DNA of 63,450 nt, the filler included, from Licmophora abbreviata (lineage: Eukaryota), in NCBI GenBank assembly GCA_900291995.1. It is 17 parts of 17 records of this genome, joined end to end, with 100 filler letters (N's around TTAATTAATTAA, not from the genome) between each part and the next. Parts side by side here need not be neighbours in the genome. Positions count along the whole stretch, not along the records: positions 32,758 to 37,916 come from OLMU01003915.1; positions 38,017 to 39,927 come from OLMU01003916.1; positions 40,028 to 41,420 come from OLMU01003917.1; positions 41,521 to 42,945 come from OLMU01003918.1; positions 43,046 to 47,931 come from OLMU01003919.1; 12 more parts are not named here. One strand, 5' to 3'. This document shows, one piece after another, positions 36,118 through 48,031 of the stretch. The stretch's first letter is position 1; each line of letters starts with the position of its first letter. The translations under genes were made by a program, and so were the position numbers. Below the pieces are notes generated by a model. The model was not told where the DNA came from. It ran no database searches and worked only from the letters and a program-made list of their open reading frames with translations.

Positions 36118-37490
36118 ATGTTGGACGCTCCATTGTTTCCCGGGGAGGACTTTTTGTCGATTGATCTTCCGAATCATGCATCCCAGCGATTCTGGATTTT
36201 AGTGGCGTCTTTGGGGAGTGGAACGCTCTTCTTTTTCATCCTGCCTCTCTTTCTATCAAAACCAAGCGCCAAGGATGGCAAAAAGAGGGAACTTAATCTT
36301 GTGGCTGAAATCAGCTTGACCCTGCTTGGCCTGTTTTGCATGATATTTCTCTTACTCAAGACTTCCAACAATCAAGCATTGGCCCGTACCGTCGTGGAGG
36401 CGCCACTGTTGACGGCCGAGGAATGTCAGTATCTCATCGATATGGCGCATCGCGTAGCTGCCGCGAATGCAGAAAACAACCCCAACGATGATACGCTACA
36501 GAGGATACCGTCGGGCTGGCGGAAAGACCGACATCACGCCTATCCAACGACCGACTTGAATTTGATAGTAGATCCCTTTACCACGGAGGATCGCAGCTAT
36601 ATCGAGAGTTTGTTGAATCGTCGACTGTCACCGCTCTATGAGCGTCTCTGGGGAATCCATGCTGGAGCAGTGCGAGCAAATGATGTGCGTGGTGATGCGC
36701 TACACGAGATGCACTGGCTGTCACGGATGCACGTTGAGCTCACTTGCTTCCTTTTTCTTTCGTTCACTCCCCAGATGTTTATTGTTCGCTACGATGCTGA
36801 CAGGGGACAGCCTTTCTTGAACAAACACACGGACAGTTCGCATATTAGCTTCAATGTCTTATTGAACGACGAATTTGAGGGCGGTGGCACACGATTTCAT
36901 CATCGTCTGCAGCAATCCCACAAGGACGTTCACCCCAGCTCCCCTGGCAATGTGATTCTTAACCCTGCCATTTTGGAACACGAGGGTCTCCCCACGACAA
37001 ATGGCACGCGATATATTTTCGTCGGGTTCACCTCGGTAGATCCATACGATCCATTTCAAAATACCACCAACTCGCTCTCACTCTTCGCGTCCTGGTTGTG
37101 TTTGAATTGGTGCCAAGTGCGATTCGGTGAAGCTTACGATACTCTTACAAATAGAGCAACCAAGAAGAAGGACTGGGCCAACAATCGATACGTTAAGTCT
37201 CTCTTTAGTGACATCCACACACAGTTTACGGCCTTTGGAGATTGGTGGGCGCCGCACAGAGTGTTGCGACTGGTGGACAATCAGGATCGAAACGCGTATT
37301 TGCAAGCAATGGATGTGTACTATGATGCAAGCCATGTCGATCCATCGAAAGGCCGAGCTGATTTGCAAAAAGTGAACAGAAACAAGCAAACTGGTTTGCG
37401 GGACAGCAAGTCTCCATGGACGTCGACGGAACGATTGCCAACGTATGGATGTCGCGGCGTGACAACGAAGATGCGTTCCGAGACTTGTAG
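36118..37490 (+). CDS. Membrane-anchored PLOD-like 2OG/Fe(II) dioxygenase, copy B; intron 36685-36774; apparent frameshift at ~37370
   Basis: RHHAYPTTD, HTD, EFEGGGTRF and HEGLPTTNGTRYIFVGF. The C-terminus homologous to copy A (QANWFAGQQVSMDVDGTIANVWMSRR...FRDL*) lies in another frame ending at 37490. Confidence 0.82.
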
Positions 37491-37513
37491 GGAACATGTA
37501 ACGGAATTTGTTC

Positions 37514-38349
37514 TTAGGAGAGAAATAACTGCCGCAAGTGCGATACTACTCGTGATCTCCATGGCATGCGTGGTGTACCTCGCTTGCTCTTGCTCAATCG
37601 CCGCCGTTTCCGGAAAAAATCTCGCAGCAGGTCCGCACTGGTTTCCTCCTCCACCCCTTTCACAACTTTGCTAATATTGTGAAACGGATGCGGGGCCATC
37701 TCGAGTAGATTCATGCGAGTTTCGACAGCTCCCAATCGTAAGTCGGGTGCGCCGTAAACGACCGTGTCGATTCGGAAGGCCTGACACGCCGCCAGACACA
37801 TGGCACAGGGTTCCAGCGTGCTGTACAGAGTGGTGTTTAGCAAGCGCCAGTTGCGAATGTTTCGTGCACCTTCACGCATGACTTGCAGTTCCGCGTGACT
37901 GGAGGCATCCCAGTCGNNNNNNNNNNNNNNNNNNNNNNNNNNNNNNNNNNNNNNNNNNNNTTAATTAATTAANNNNNNNNNNNNNNNNNNNNNNNNNNNN
38001 NNNNNNNNNNNNNNNNGACGCGATTGTGACCGCGAGCGAGTATTTCAAACGTTCGTTCTGATTTACTGGCTTGTATAGCAGCAGGACGGACCAGAACAGC
38101 TCCAATCGGCACTTCTCCTTCCAAGGCAGCCTTCTGAGCTTCTTCCAGGGCCTTTTCCATGAAGAAGCACTGAGTAAATGTCTCGTTCTGCGCTTGACTA
38201 TGGGAAAGGGTGAAGCGCTCGATACGTCCCGACGACCTCCAGCGTTGGAAGGCCGATTTCACGCTCCAGGAGGAAACTGAATCAACATTCCCAAAACTTA
38301 GTAGAGTGTATATCATGAGGACATATTCCAGTGTAAAAGATAGCCTCAT
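37514..38349 (-). CDS. tadA: tRNA adenosine-34 deaminase (TadA-like), organelle-targeted; interrupted by a spacer
   Basis: FMEKALEEA...GEVPIGAVLV...GHNRV | DASSHAE...WRLLNTTLYSTLEPCAMC...FFRKRR. Confidence 0.9.
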
Positions 38350-38637
38350 ATCACAGCAACGGCCTCCGAAAATCCCATGGTGCATGTACCAAACATTCGC
38401 CGCGCCGTGATCTGTGTGATGTTTTGGGTTGATTTCCAGAATGAGGCCTGACGTCACATGCGAACCCCCACACATCTGCAAAACCAACGCCACTTTTTCG
38501 GAAGCCGGTGGCAAGTTGTGCAAACATTCTCACTACGACGTGTACATGTTGCCATGGCTGCATCTATACTCGAATTATTCTGACAGTTGCACTCTTGAGT
38601 GCAGTCGTGTCCTTGGGTTGTTTGTGTTGCTACCACC

Positions 38638-39927
38638 ATGAACCGCCGCCCGTATCATCATCACGCACACTCGCCTTTGTCGGTCCTACCCACCAGCGAG
38701 GAGCATTGCTTTTCCATGGTACACCCTAGTCCGTATGAGCTGCCGTCGCCAAAGACGAAGCACCCTCAGCTTTTCATCGACGACAAATCGTACGAAACCA
38801 ACAAAATCACCGGCTACTCTCCCACGAAGAACAGAAAGGGGCAGGAGCGCACCAAGCCGAAGCAAAACAAGATACTGCAAGCTCTGATTGGCAATCCCCA
38901 CAAGCAACAAAAGAACAAAGGCATTGGTGCTAAGAAGGTAGCACGGCCACAACGCCACTCAAAGGAGCTCGAGGAGGCGAATCTTGTCATCTGGCGTATG
39001 AAAGGAAAGTTGCTCCGACTGGAAGCGGAACTCGAACGAAAGAATGAGTTGTGTGCCAAACAGGAGGAGTCCCTCGAGTTTCTGTTAACAAAAGTCATTC
39101 CAACGTTGGAAAAGCAACAGCAGCAACATCAGCTTCTTCCCAATGGCCCACTCGGTCCCATCCAAGAGTCACTCATTGAAAACACCTTTCGGGTCGGCAA
39201 CTACGATATTGGTCGCTTCTTGGGCGATGGTTTCTACGCCAAGGTCTATCTTGGCACGCATCGCGATACTCACCAAAAGTACGCGTCAAGATGATTTGCA
39301 AAAGCAAACTGCAACAGCTCAACCAACTCCAGCAACTCGAACTGGAACTCCAGGTGTTAAAGACCGTCTCCCACACCAACATTGTGCACCTCGAAGACGT
39401 CATGCACGCACCGAAACAAGTGTATTTGGTGATGAATCTGGGATACAAGGACCTGTACAGTTACGCCCGTACACATGGTCTAACGATGTGCGCCATCCAG
39501 CAGGTGCTCGTGGGTGTCCTGGAGCCTCTCGCCTACCTTCACAGCATGGGCATTTGTCATTTGGACCTCAAGCCGGAGAACATTCTTGTAAAAGAGCGAG
39601 TCGACACGCACGAGCTACGCAGTCGGCACATTCAACTGTGCGACTTTGGACTTTGTGCTGTGAACTGTGTATCGGATAGTCCGAACCATGTCCCCATTGT
39701 CGGTGTAAGTGGGACCCCCGGCTTCTTTTGTCCTGAAATGGCCTTGACGAGGTACGCTGGAACGAGCTGCGAAGGCTGCGCAGCCGACATGTGGAGTGTT
39801 GGCTGTATTTTACTGGAGCTTGCCGAAGGACTTCCCGACCAGTGGATTGCAGCGTGCCAGAGTTACAAGGAAGACGTGGTGAAGTTTGAAATGCGCGTGA
39901 GGAAGAACTTGCGGTCGATCCGAAAGC
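38638..39927 (+). CDS. Ser/Thr protein kinase (CAMK-like) with N-terminal coiled coil; 1-nt frameshift at ~39286; 3' truncated
   Basis: LGDGFYAKV, [YA(V)K], HLDLKPEN, DFG, GTPGFFCPE and DMWSVG. Confidence 0.85.
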
Positions 39928-40680
39928 NNNNNNNNNNNNNNNNNNNNNNNNNNNNNNNNNNNNNNNNNNNNTTAATTAATTAANNNNNNNNNNNNNNNNN
40001 NNNNNNNNNNNNNNNNNNNNNNNNNNNCAGTGATGGCAACCAGGCAGAGCGTGCAGTAGCGTTGTTGATGTCTTTGTCCGTATGAAGAACTGGTAGTAGG
40101 TATAATGTAGAGTGCCAAGGTTCTGATGGCTCTGCCTCTGATGCTATATCATGCTGATGCCTCATACTACGTGGAACGACCACAGTTCACATGACTCAAA
40201 ATTGAATCGCACATGGTTAGGTCGATAGAAGCAAGGATTCTGCAGCATTGCAACGGCAGAGATTCTCTCTAGACACACAAGGAATGCAAGGATGTCGCGC
40301 TGGAGCTACCGGTGCCGTAAAGGCGCCATGGTTCTGTCTGATTTTGTGTTGTGAGGTCGGCGTAGCGAGCTCCTTTGGTACCGGTATTGTTCTTGGAGCT
40401 CGCAACTCTCCAAAGACCTCCTTCAACTTGAGTACTGAATTTACGTAGCTTTGTACGTGCGTACTTGGAAGTCTCAAAATTGCAAAAAAATTAAGTCCTC
40501 TCGCGTCTCGCATCTCACACATCTGCCATGGCGTACTAGAAGGTGCATTGTCGAAGGAGCAATGCATGCATACACTCTTGTTGCCTTTCCAGATCTCTCT
40601 CTCTCTCTACATCGTGTTTCTGTACCCGCTTGAAGCTTATCTGAATGCTCCGAACGGAGTGTTGAGTGTGAACAAGAAGA

Positions 40681-42542
40681 ATGAGCGGCCTCTATACTTT
40701 TGTCAAATCAAAGCTGGCGTCGCCGAGTGAGAAAGCGCAGCACGACTCTGCGGAAGTACCATCCGTAGTAGACAACGGCGTGGACAATCATGAAAAACCT
40801 CTTGGAGGAAGAATTGATTCCTTTGCTTCCTGTCATGAAGAGGAAATACCTCCTCACACTCCTCCATCCAACGGCAATGATGATGATGAGGAGGAGTATC
40901 CTCTGCCAGACGAACGCACACTGTTGCTGCCGTTGCATCACGAACAGACAGCACTTGCTCCCACCACCGATATGATCAATCCTGTGTCTCACTCTTCGAC
41001 ACGGGTGCAGTCCGCTCAAGACTTTTACTTTCCATCTCGCAATCCGACGATTCAACGCTACTATCGTTTCACAACGTCGCCTCTCACTCCCTTTTGCGCC
41101 CTGCACAAGCGACCCGTCATGGACGGCGGTGGGGTGACGGGATTACTCAGACGGTCCGCCGTACTGCCGTCGCATGGAATGGATCCCACGGGAGAATGGA
41201 TTCTCGTCAGTGTCGGTGGACGCAGTGGCTGGGCGCGCAAGAAGAACACCGCGTCGACCGGCTTTGCACCCGCCGCAACATTTCGGGCGACGGAAGGCTG
41301 GATGGGCAATCACGTCTTCTTGTGTCGAGGCAAGGTCTTTCTCGGATCTGACGCACCCTTGTTTTTCTTTACCAACCTCTTGCTGTTGGGCGGGATCGTC
41401 CTTCAATTTGGACTCGTCTTNNNNNNNNNNNNNNNNNNNNNNNNNNNNNNNNNNNNNNNNNNNNTTAATTAATTAANNNNNNNNNNNNNNNNNNNNNNNN
41501 NNNNNNNNNNNNNNNNNNNNTGGACTCGTCTTGCCGCGACTCTCTTCGGCATCCTCGTTCGAGCACCATTGGATGGTGCACCCAATCACCTTTTGGTGCA
41601 CTGTGCTGTTGGCGATCGGCAGTGTCGTCTCCTTGTGGTTGAGTGCCACGACGGATCCAGGCATCTTGCCGGCAGTCTCGTCTCCATTGAAACCCGACAT
41701 TCCGCAGGATGGGCCGATTGGTGGTGCGCTCGGCCATCGGTATTGTACAACCTGCAACATCTTTCGACCGCCGCGGAGCAAACACTGCAATCAGTGCAAC
41801 GTCTGTGTCTCCAAGTTTGATCAGTACGTGTGAATGAGTGTATATGTGTAGGAATCGCTGCGGTGCAATGGCATGTTACTCATTATTATCATTTTGCCAT
41901 TTACTCAGTCACTGTCCGTGGGTAGGAAACTGTATTGGAGAGCGGAACCATCGGTATTTCTTTTGGTTTCTGCTGGCAATCTCGTCACTTACGATCCTCG
42001 TGACGGCCTCCTGCATGCGCTTGGTGTATCTTGCCTACGAGGAAGCACTGTTGCTGCCCGGAGTCGGACCGGTAGGGAATGAAACGAGCGATTTCTCGAC
42101 GACTGCAAAGCAACTCCCATCCGATCTTCATCGCCTGTGGATGGTGATTCTATCCATGCCCATTCTTTTTCTGTTTGGACTGTTTACATTGATTTGTGCT
42201 TGGTCCTTGACTTCCCTCTTATGTTTTCATGCCATGATTATTACAGTGGCACAAACGACCAACGAGCGAGTACGAAATGTCTATCAGTTTGGACGTGTGC
42301 CGAATCCGGACGATCACGGGTGTTGGAGGAATTGGAGGTACGCCCTGTGCAGTCGAACGCCGAAATCCGAGCTGCCCGAGGACTTTTCTGTCTTTGTTTC
42401 CTGCCAGTATTGTCCCTCAGAGACGGTATGGAGCGAGCCTGAGGCCTCGCCTGTTCGTCCAGGAGGCGGTGCAACGGAAGAAGAGAATGGCTCTTCGGAT
42501 TATCCCTCGAATGGAGAAGTGCCAACGGGCCCCCAGGAATGA
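40681..42542 (+). CDS. DHHC palmitoyltransferase (Erf2/ZDHHC9-like); spacer with 12-bp overlap; intron 41824-41908
   Basis: TDPGI, [45 protein letters not shown], QTTNE and TM helices. Confidence 0.93.
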
Positions 42543-43244
42543 GTGCTTAGGGTCAACCGTTTGATGTAGCTGAAATGCCTCTCGTCGGATGCGCGAAACG
42601 GGAGCGTCGTCGAACTTGCGCTGAAGAAGTTCATCGTCAAGCTCACCAACATCTCGTGACTGTAAGCCGCGTTTCGGTGTTCGAAGGGACATCGGTGACC
42701 AGAATGGCCGTCTCAAATACAGATTTGGGCTTCGTACGGTGGTCTGACCGGACGGGGAATCAGGGGAAAGTCAGTGAAGAGCCGAATGAGGGATCCTTGT
42801 GCAAAGCATCATGCATCAACAATATGATATGGATGTCCTCCTGAGCCGGCTGAGAATTCACCAGATACAGTGCATGCAGTTGAATGTAATTAAGCGATAT
42901 CAACTGGTCGTCTTCCTTCTGTCAGGCTGTGTCTTGAACGCATGCNNNNNNNNNNNNNNNNNNNNNNNNNNNNNNNNNNNNNNNNNNNNTTAATTAATTA
43001 ANNNNNNNNNNNNNNNNNNNNNNNNNNNNNNNNNNNNNNNNNNNNTATCATGTAATTCGACATACAGGTTACCACATCAACAGGTTTTGAGCTGTTCACT
43101 TCGCATTATCCTCGCGCGACGCCGAATTGCGCCACACAAAAGAGAACAACCCCAACCCCAACAGCCGGCAGCATTTCTACACGCCGTACCTATCTATTTC
43201 GTTCTCTCGTCCCTTCAAACGGCCCTCCACGTCCAGCTCGAACC

Positions 43245-44480
43245 ATGTCGGAGCCTAGGAAAGCTAACCTTTTTGAATCCATGGCGCTCGGAGGCATGGC
43301 AGCCTCCTTTGCTGTCAATTTCACTCATCCAATTGTAAGTTTCAATTTTTTCACGCACATGAAACTGAAGTTTCCCTTGAAAGCGTAGTTCTGACGAGTA
43401 GGTTCTTCTTTCCCTCCCGATTTTTCACAGGAAACCGTCAAGACGCGTATGCAGGTTTCCGGAGCTGGCATTGGACCAACGGTGAACCAGATTGTGAAGT
43501 CCGAGGTATGTCACCCATAGTAGGGCTTGGTAATCCTAAATCGTTGCGATCTTTTATTTTTCACTCTTGTGCGTGCATCTCCCCATGGGACTCTAAAAGG
43601 GAATTCCTGCATTCTGGAAGGGCCTAGCGTTCGCCTATGGACGTGAACTGAGTTATACCTCAGTCAAGCTGGGCGCGTATGCGCCCGTCCGTGACATGTT
43701 GGGTGCCGGAAAGGAAGCTCCGTTCTACATGAAGTTCTTGGCTGGTGCCATTACTGGTGGTACGGGGTCTGTGATCGGGTAAGCTGAATTATCGGAACCA
43801 GGGCGAACATATCTCCTACGTTGTGTCTCACTCTGTGTTATCCTATGAATGTCCATGCCAATAGAAATCCCTTTGATGTTATGAAAGTGAGTCAAGAATA
43901 GTCGTGCGCTCTGTCTACAAGATTTGAATGACCTTGCCAATTTTACCTGTGAGCTTACCCTACTGCCCAACTTGACTCGCATCGCGCCGTACTGAAGACT
44001 CTTGCACAGACAAACAAGGAGAAGAGTGCTCCTCTCAGCACGTTGGTCGGCCGCATGTATGCCGATCAGGGAATCAAAGGATTCTATCGCGGAGTTGAGG
44101 TGAACGTCATGCGTGCGTGTATCTTGAATGCTACCAAGATGGGATGCTACGACATTTCCAAAGGGTACGTTGTCGAAACGACTGGATGGGATCGCAAGGA
44201 TTTCCGCACCTCGTTTGCATCCGCGTTCATTGCTGGCTTCTTCATGACCTGCACGGTTAGTCCGACCGATAACTTGCGAACGCGGTTGATGAACCAGCCT
44301 ACGGACAAGAAGATTTATGATGGCTTTGTCGATTGTTTGGTCAAGACGGTCAAGAACGACGGAGTGCTTTCGCTTTGGCGCGGATTCATTCCAATCTGGG
44401 CCCGCTTTGCACCTCAAGCCACCTTGCAGCTGCTGACGATTGAAGCGCTCTACGGAGTTTTTGGTTTCAAGAGTATCTAG
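43245..44480 (+). CDS. Mitochondrial carrier (oxoglutarate/malate, dicarboxylate or UCP-like); 5 exons (43245-43334, 43431-43505, 43600-43778, 43865-43886, 43998-44480)
   Basis: Three Px[D/E]xx[K/R] motifs after splicing: [29 protein letters not shown]. Also [14 protein letters not shown] and WARFAP. Confidence 0.9.
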
Positions 44481-44732
44481 TCAACTCTCCCTCGAAGCTC
44501 AGTTGCTCATGAGACGCTAGATATGACAAGACCTGGGATGCGCATGAACCGAGCTAAGGATTCTGGCTTCAATTTGCTCGCGTGCAAGACTTATGATTGC
44601 TGAAACGTATTGATAATGTTATGGACGTACTACGTGCTGTTCTTAGTCGTTAGCAAACTTGGCGCAGAGGCGAGGGAACGAGCCCAAGTTATGTGATCTT
44701 CTCTCTGCTTTGGCATCCCATTCAAACGTATC

Positions 44733-45247
44733 CTATCCTCCTTTCTTTTTCTTGAGCCATTCCTCGTGGTCCACACCGAGTCCTTCTTCCAAGTTCTCCA
44801 TACGCCGCGGAAGACGAGCCGTCACCCGTTTAACCAGGGAAGACTGGGGCTCTGTACCCCACGTCTGCAATATTTGACCACGCTTCGTGCGATCCACCTG
44901 GACGTCCTTGTAGGTCGTGAGAGCGTGCACTCCCATGAAACACATGAACGATAGACCGGCGCCTAGAATGGCAATCAGGGGATAGACGCTCGGATCTTGG
45001 AGAAAGCCTGCCATGACGAAAAGGAGCACGACAGAAGGCATATAAGAATGACAGAAAGATTACGCAAATAAGCAGGGGAAGGGGTCGTATATTGTCCCGC
45101 TTGTCCTTTCTGGGTCTTACCTTCTCGAAAGCTGTTCTTGTCCATCCGCAAAGCAAACGGATGCTTTGGCGGCACCCCGCCTACCTTCGAGGCGAAGCTA
45201 CGTCCAGTGAAACGACTGCAGCGAAACAGAGCGTTTTTCAAGTACAT
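44733..45247 (-). CDS. NDUFA4/B12D (COXFA4/MLRQ)-family mitochondrial membrane protein; intron 45008-45120
   Basis: Mitochondrial-type presequence. Spliced SFREGFLQDPSVYPLIAILGAGLSFMCFMGVHALTTYKDVQVDRTKR with a single TM helix. Confidence 0.7.
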
Positions 45248-45554
45248 GGTTCTCCCTCACTTGGTCTACCGTATCTTTTCTTTGGTGACACTCGATATAG
45301 GATGAGAAGGGTGTCAAGCGAGAAAAAGTAGTGAGAAATGGAAGCAAACGTGTCTTTTCAAAGCACTATAGTGAGTCGGGAGTATGACGCAGGATTGAGT
45401 CCTGGCGCGCCATCCCACACGTCGGCCATGCCTCGCAAAGCTTTTGAACGCCGTCACTGTCACTGTGTCTGTTCGGAAGACTTCTGTCTATGATACTACA
45501 TCTATGATAGTTGCTTGCCCTATTTTGCGTCTCCCTTTGGATGCACTCGTGCAC

Positions 45555-46915
45555 TTAACTACGAGTAGCGCTAAACGGTCCAGTCACCTTGGGTGTATCC
45601 GGCTCATTGCTCCACTCAGCCCAGCTTCCATCGTACATGCACGTGTCGCCCGTTCTCCCGCATTCCTCCAAGGCCAACAAGACATGACATACCGACACGC
45701 CACTTCCACACGAAGCAATAATACGTTCCCTGGAGTCGTAGTCGACGCCTACCTCTTCAAAAATCTGCTGCAACTCTGCCTTAGACTTGAGCACGAGCTG
45801 ATTGTCACTGTCCACAAGCGAACTGTAGAGAACATGAATAGCCCCTGGCATATGTCCCTTCGCAAAGCTCGAGCCTCGAGGATCAATGACAGTCTCACAT
45901 TCTGCTACAGCTTTCTTCATATCATGCAGAGAGAAAATGTTCGTAGGCTCCTTTGCTTGATACCGTGGCAACAATTCGTTGGCACTCTCCGCCTGCGCCA
46001 TTATCTCGCGCGCCGTGGTCACCTTCGTCGCCTCCATGTCCATGGGTCCACCCATATCTATCCACTCTTCTAGTGACCCTTGCATTATACTTACACTCTC
46101 ATGTCCCATACATCGAAATAGAAACCACGTGCGCGGCAAAAAGATCGTCCCTTCTCGGCCATACACAACAATTTGATCCGAATTTCGAATATCAAAAGCA
46201 TCCATGGTGCGGGCAAAGAGGTCCTGTCGTAGGAGTTATCAAGCGCGTGTAGTAAAAGGAGGAGGGGGGAGACTTTTATTAAGCAATGACAAGCGTTGGT
46301 ATACCCTCGTACACGACACACCTTGGGAGGAAGCATGTGACCAAGGCCTTTCGGATTGAGTTCTGGAAACAGTTCCTTCGTGGTGGAAATGTCGTCCATA
46401 TCCATGTATCGAGCGTTCGGAATGCGGGGACCAGCTTCAAACCTGCAAAGTCACGAGCGAAGTCAAAATGGTGAACACATTCAGAATGTGTGCATTCGTT
46501 TAATACTAGCCTAGGACTGACGGATCATTTGCCTTGGCATAATAATGAAAGTATGTACGTACTCGGCTCTTCCATTTCGACTCTTTGCAGCCTCCCCGTG
46601 GTACCAGGATCCATCAACAAAGACAATACGACTGCCCGAGTCTGCCGTTTCAGACTGCTGGACTGCATCAAGACAGTCTTGCACGCTGACAAGATTCCTT
46701 TTGCCTTGCGAGAAACTGTTGCGAAACGACGACGACGACGAGTACAGGCGTGTCGTTATGTGCACCGAGGCCGCAGAAACCGAGGGCCGTGACCAAAAAA
46801 GAAGTCCTGATCGACCAGTTGCTGCATCTAGAGAGGTCGATAGCCAGGAACTACAGGGTCTGACAGGGAAGAAGCAAGTCATGATGAGAATGATGCAATC
46901 GGCGACCGGCGCCAT
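45555..46915 (-). CDS. Tandem-rhodanese sulfurtransferase (3-mercaptopyruvate sulfurtransferase-like); exons 46915-46563, 46442-46322, 46222-45555
   Basis: FVDGSWY, RIPNARYMDMD, HMLPP, GHMPGA, active-site CGSGVS and YDGSWAEW. Confidence 0.9.
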
Positions 46916-47140
46916 GGTGAAGTAAGTCTGATAATGTCGTGTGAGCTCTGTGTTCTTTGTCCAAAACGAGATAAGATCAGTATATCCGGGTTTGTTTGTA
47001 GTTTGTAGATACGTTCAATAATGTGGCCTACTTGTAGCTTTCACCATCTTTTTGGCCAACCCTGCGAAAAAGGGCACGCTTTTACTCGACTGGATGAACC
47101 GCAACTTGTTTTGGTGATGTCTCACCTACCTTGATACTAG

Positions 47141-47881
47141 CTAGGTATTCTCCAGCCACTCCTGCAACTTTTGAGACGCGCCCATTCGTTCCATTCCATT
47201 GGCCCTAGCCACGGCGAGTGCTTCATCCGTGGCATCCGTAGGCGACAAGCCGTACTCGGAAGCAATCCATCCTGCTGCAACGCGTCCACTCCGTCCCATA
47301 CCATGAGTGCAATGTGCGACCACCTTTTCGTTCCGGGAAGCAACGCTACGAATAATAGATACGGCCCTGTCGCTTGCTCCTTTTTCACCCATGACTGTCC
47401 GGTACAGTTCAAAACCCGCGTCTTTGTACAGTCGTAAGAGACCTGGCGGCTCGTAAGCATCAAGTTCGTTATCATCAAGCAGCACGAGTACGTTTTGAAT
47501 GCCTTGTTCTTTCATAAAGTCCATCCATGCCTCGACGGTGGACGTGGGAATCTTGGCGTCTTCTGAATCTGGATCCCCTCCGGGTCGTTCCGATGTATAG
47601 AGTACGGAGTCACGCAATGATGCTGGGCCAAAATTGTAAACTGTTGCGGGATCTCTTGGTGTAATGACAACGTCTGACGAATCCTCAAGGACTGCTGCGT
47701 TCATGGTGCTGTAGGATGGAGTCGGGCTTTTGCCGCCGAGCGCAAAATGAGAAACCAGTCGATTCTCAATTTCAATTTTCAAGGTGTCTGATCCTCCAAG
47801 ACTTAGCAGAGGCAAACAATTCTGTAGACGTAACCGTGGATTATATTGACGAAGACGCCACAGTGAACGAAGACTTGGCAT
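47141..47881 (-). CDS. Dual-specificity / PTP-like Cys phosphatase
   Basis: VAHCTHGMGRSG (HCx5R) and YTSERPG. Start codon uncertain. Confidence 0.82.
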   Translation of the reverse strand: MPSLRSLWRLRQYNPRLRLQNCLPLLSLGGSDTLKIEIENRLVSHFALGGKSPTPSYSTMNAAVLEDSSDVVITPRDPATVYNFGPASLRDSVLYTSERPGGDPDSEDAKIPTSTVEAWMDFMKEQGIQNVLVLLDDNELDAYEPPGLLRLYKDAGFELYRTVMGEKGASDRAVSIIRSVASRNEKVVAHCTHGMGRSGRVAAGWIASEYGLSPTDATDEALAVARANGMERMGASQKLQEWLENT

Positions 47882-48031
47882 GCGACAGCTGCAAAGCGTC
47901 AGTCCAAGACAGAGTGAGTCTTTCGAATTGTNNNNNNNNNNNNNNNNNNNNNNNNNNNNNNNNNNNNNNNNNNNNTTAATTAATTAANNNNNNNNNNNNN
48001 NNNNNNNNNNNNNNNNNNNNNNNNNNNNNNN

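Noticed and set aside
37360..37674. Long C-terminal TM tail of the 518-aa ORF overlapping tadA
   Set aside because: The tail homologous to the paralog is in another frame and ends at 37490; the A5 run at ~37367 probably lacks one A.
39280..39295. Kinase split into two ORFs (38599-39294 and 39291-39983)
   Set aside because: Adding one G (GCG GTC AAG) restores the YAVK motif. Most likely a base-call error, though a null allele cannot be excluded without reads.
40028..40640. Short ORFs upstream of the DHHC gene, and at 42575-42945
   Set aside because: No recognisable motifs and no splice model; treated as intergenic or UTR.
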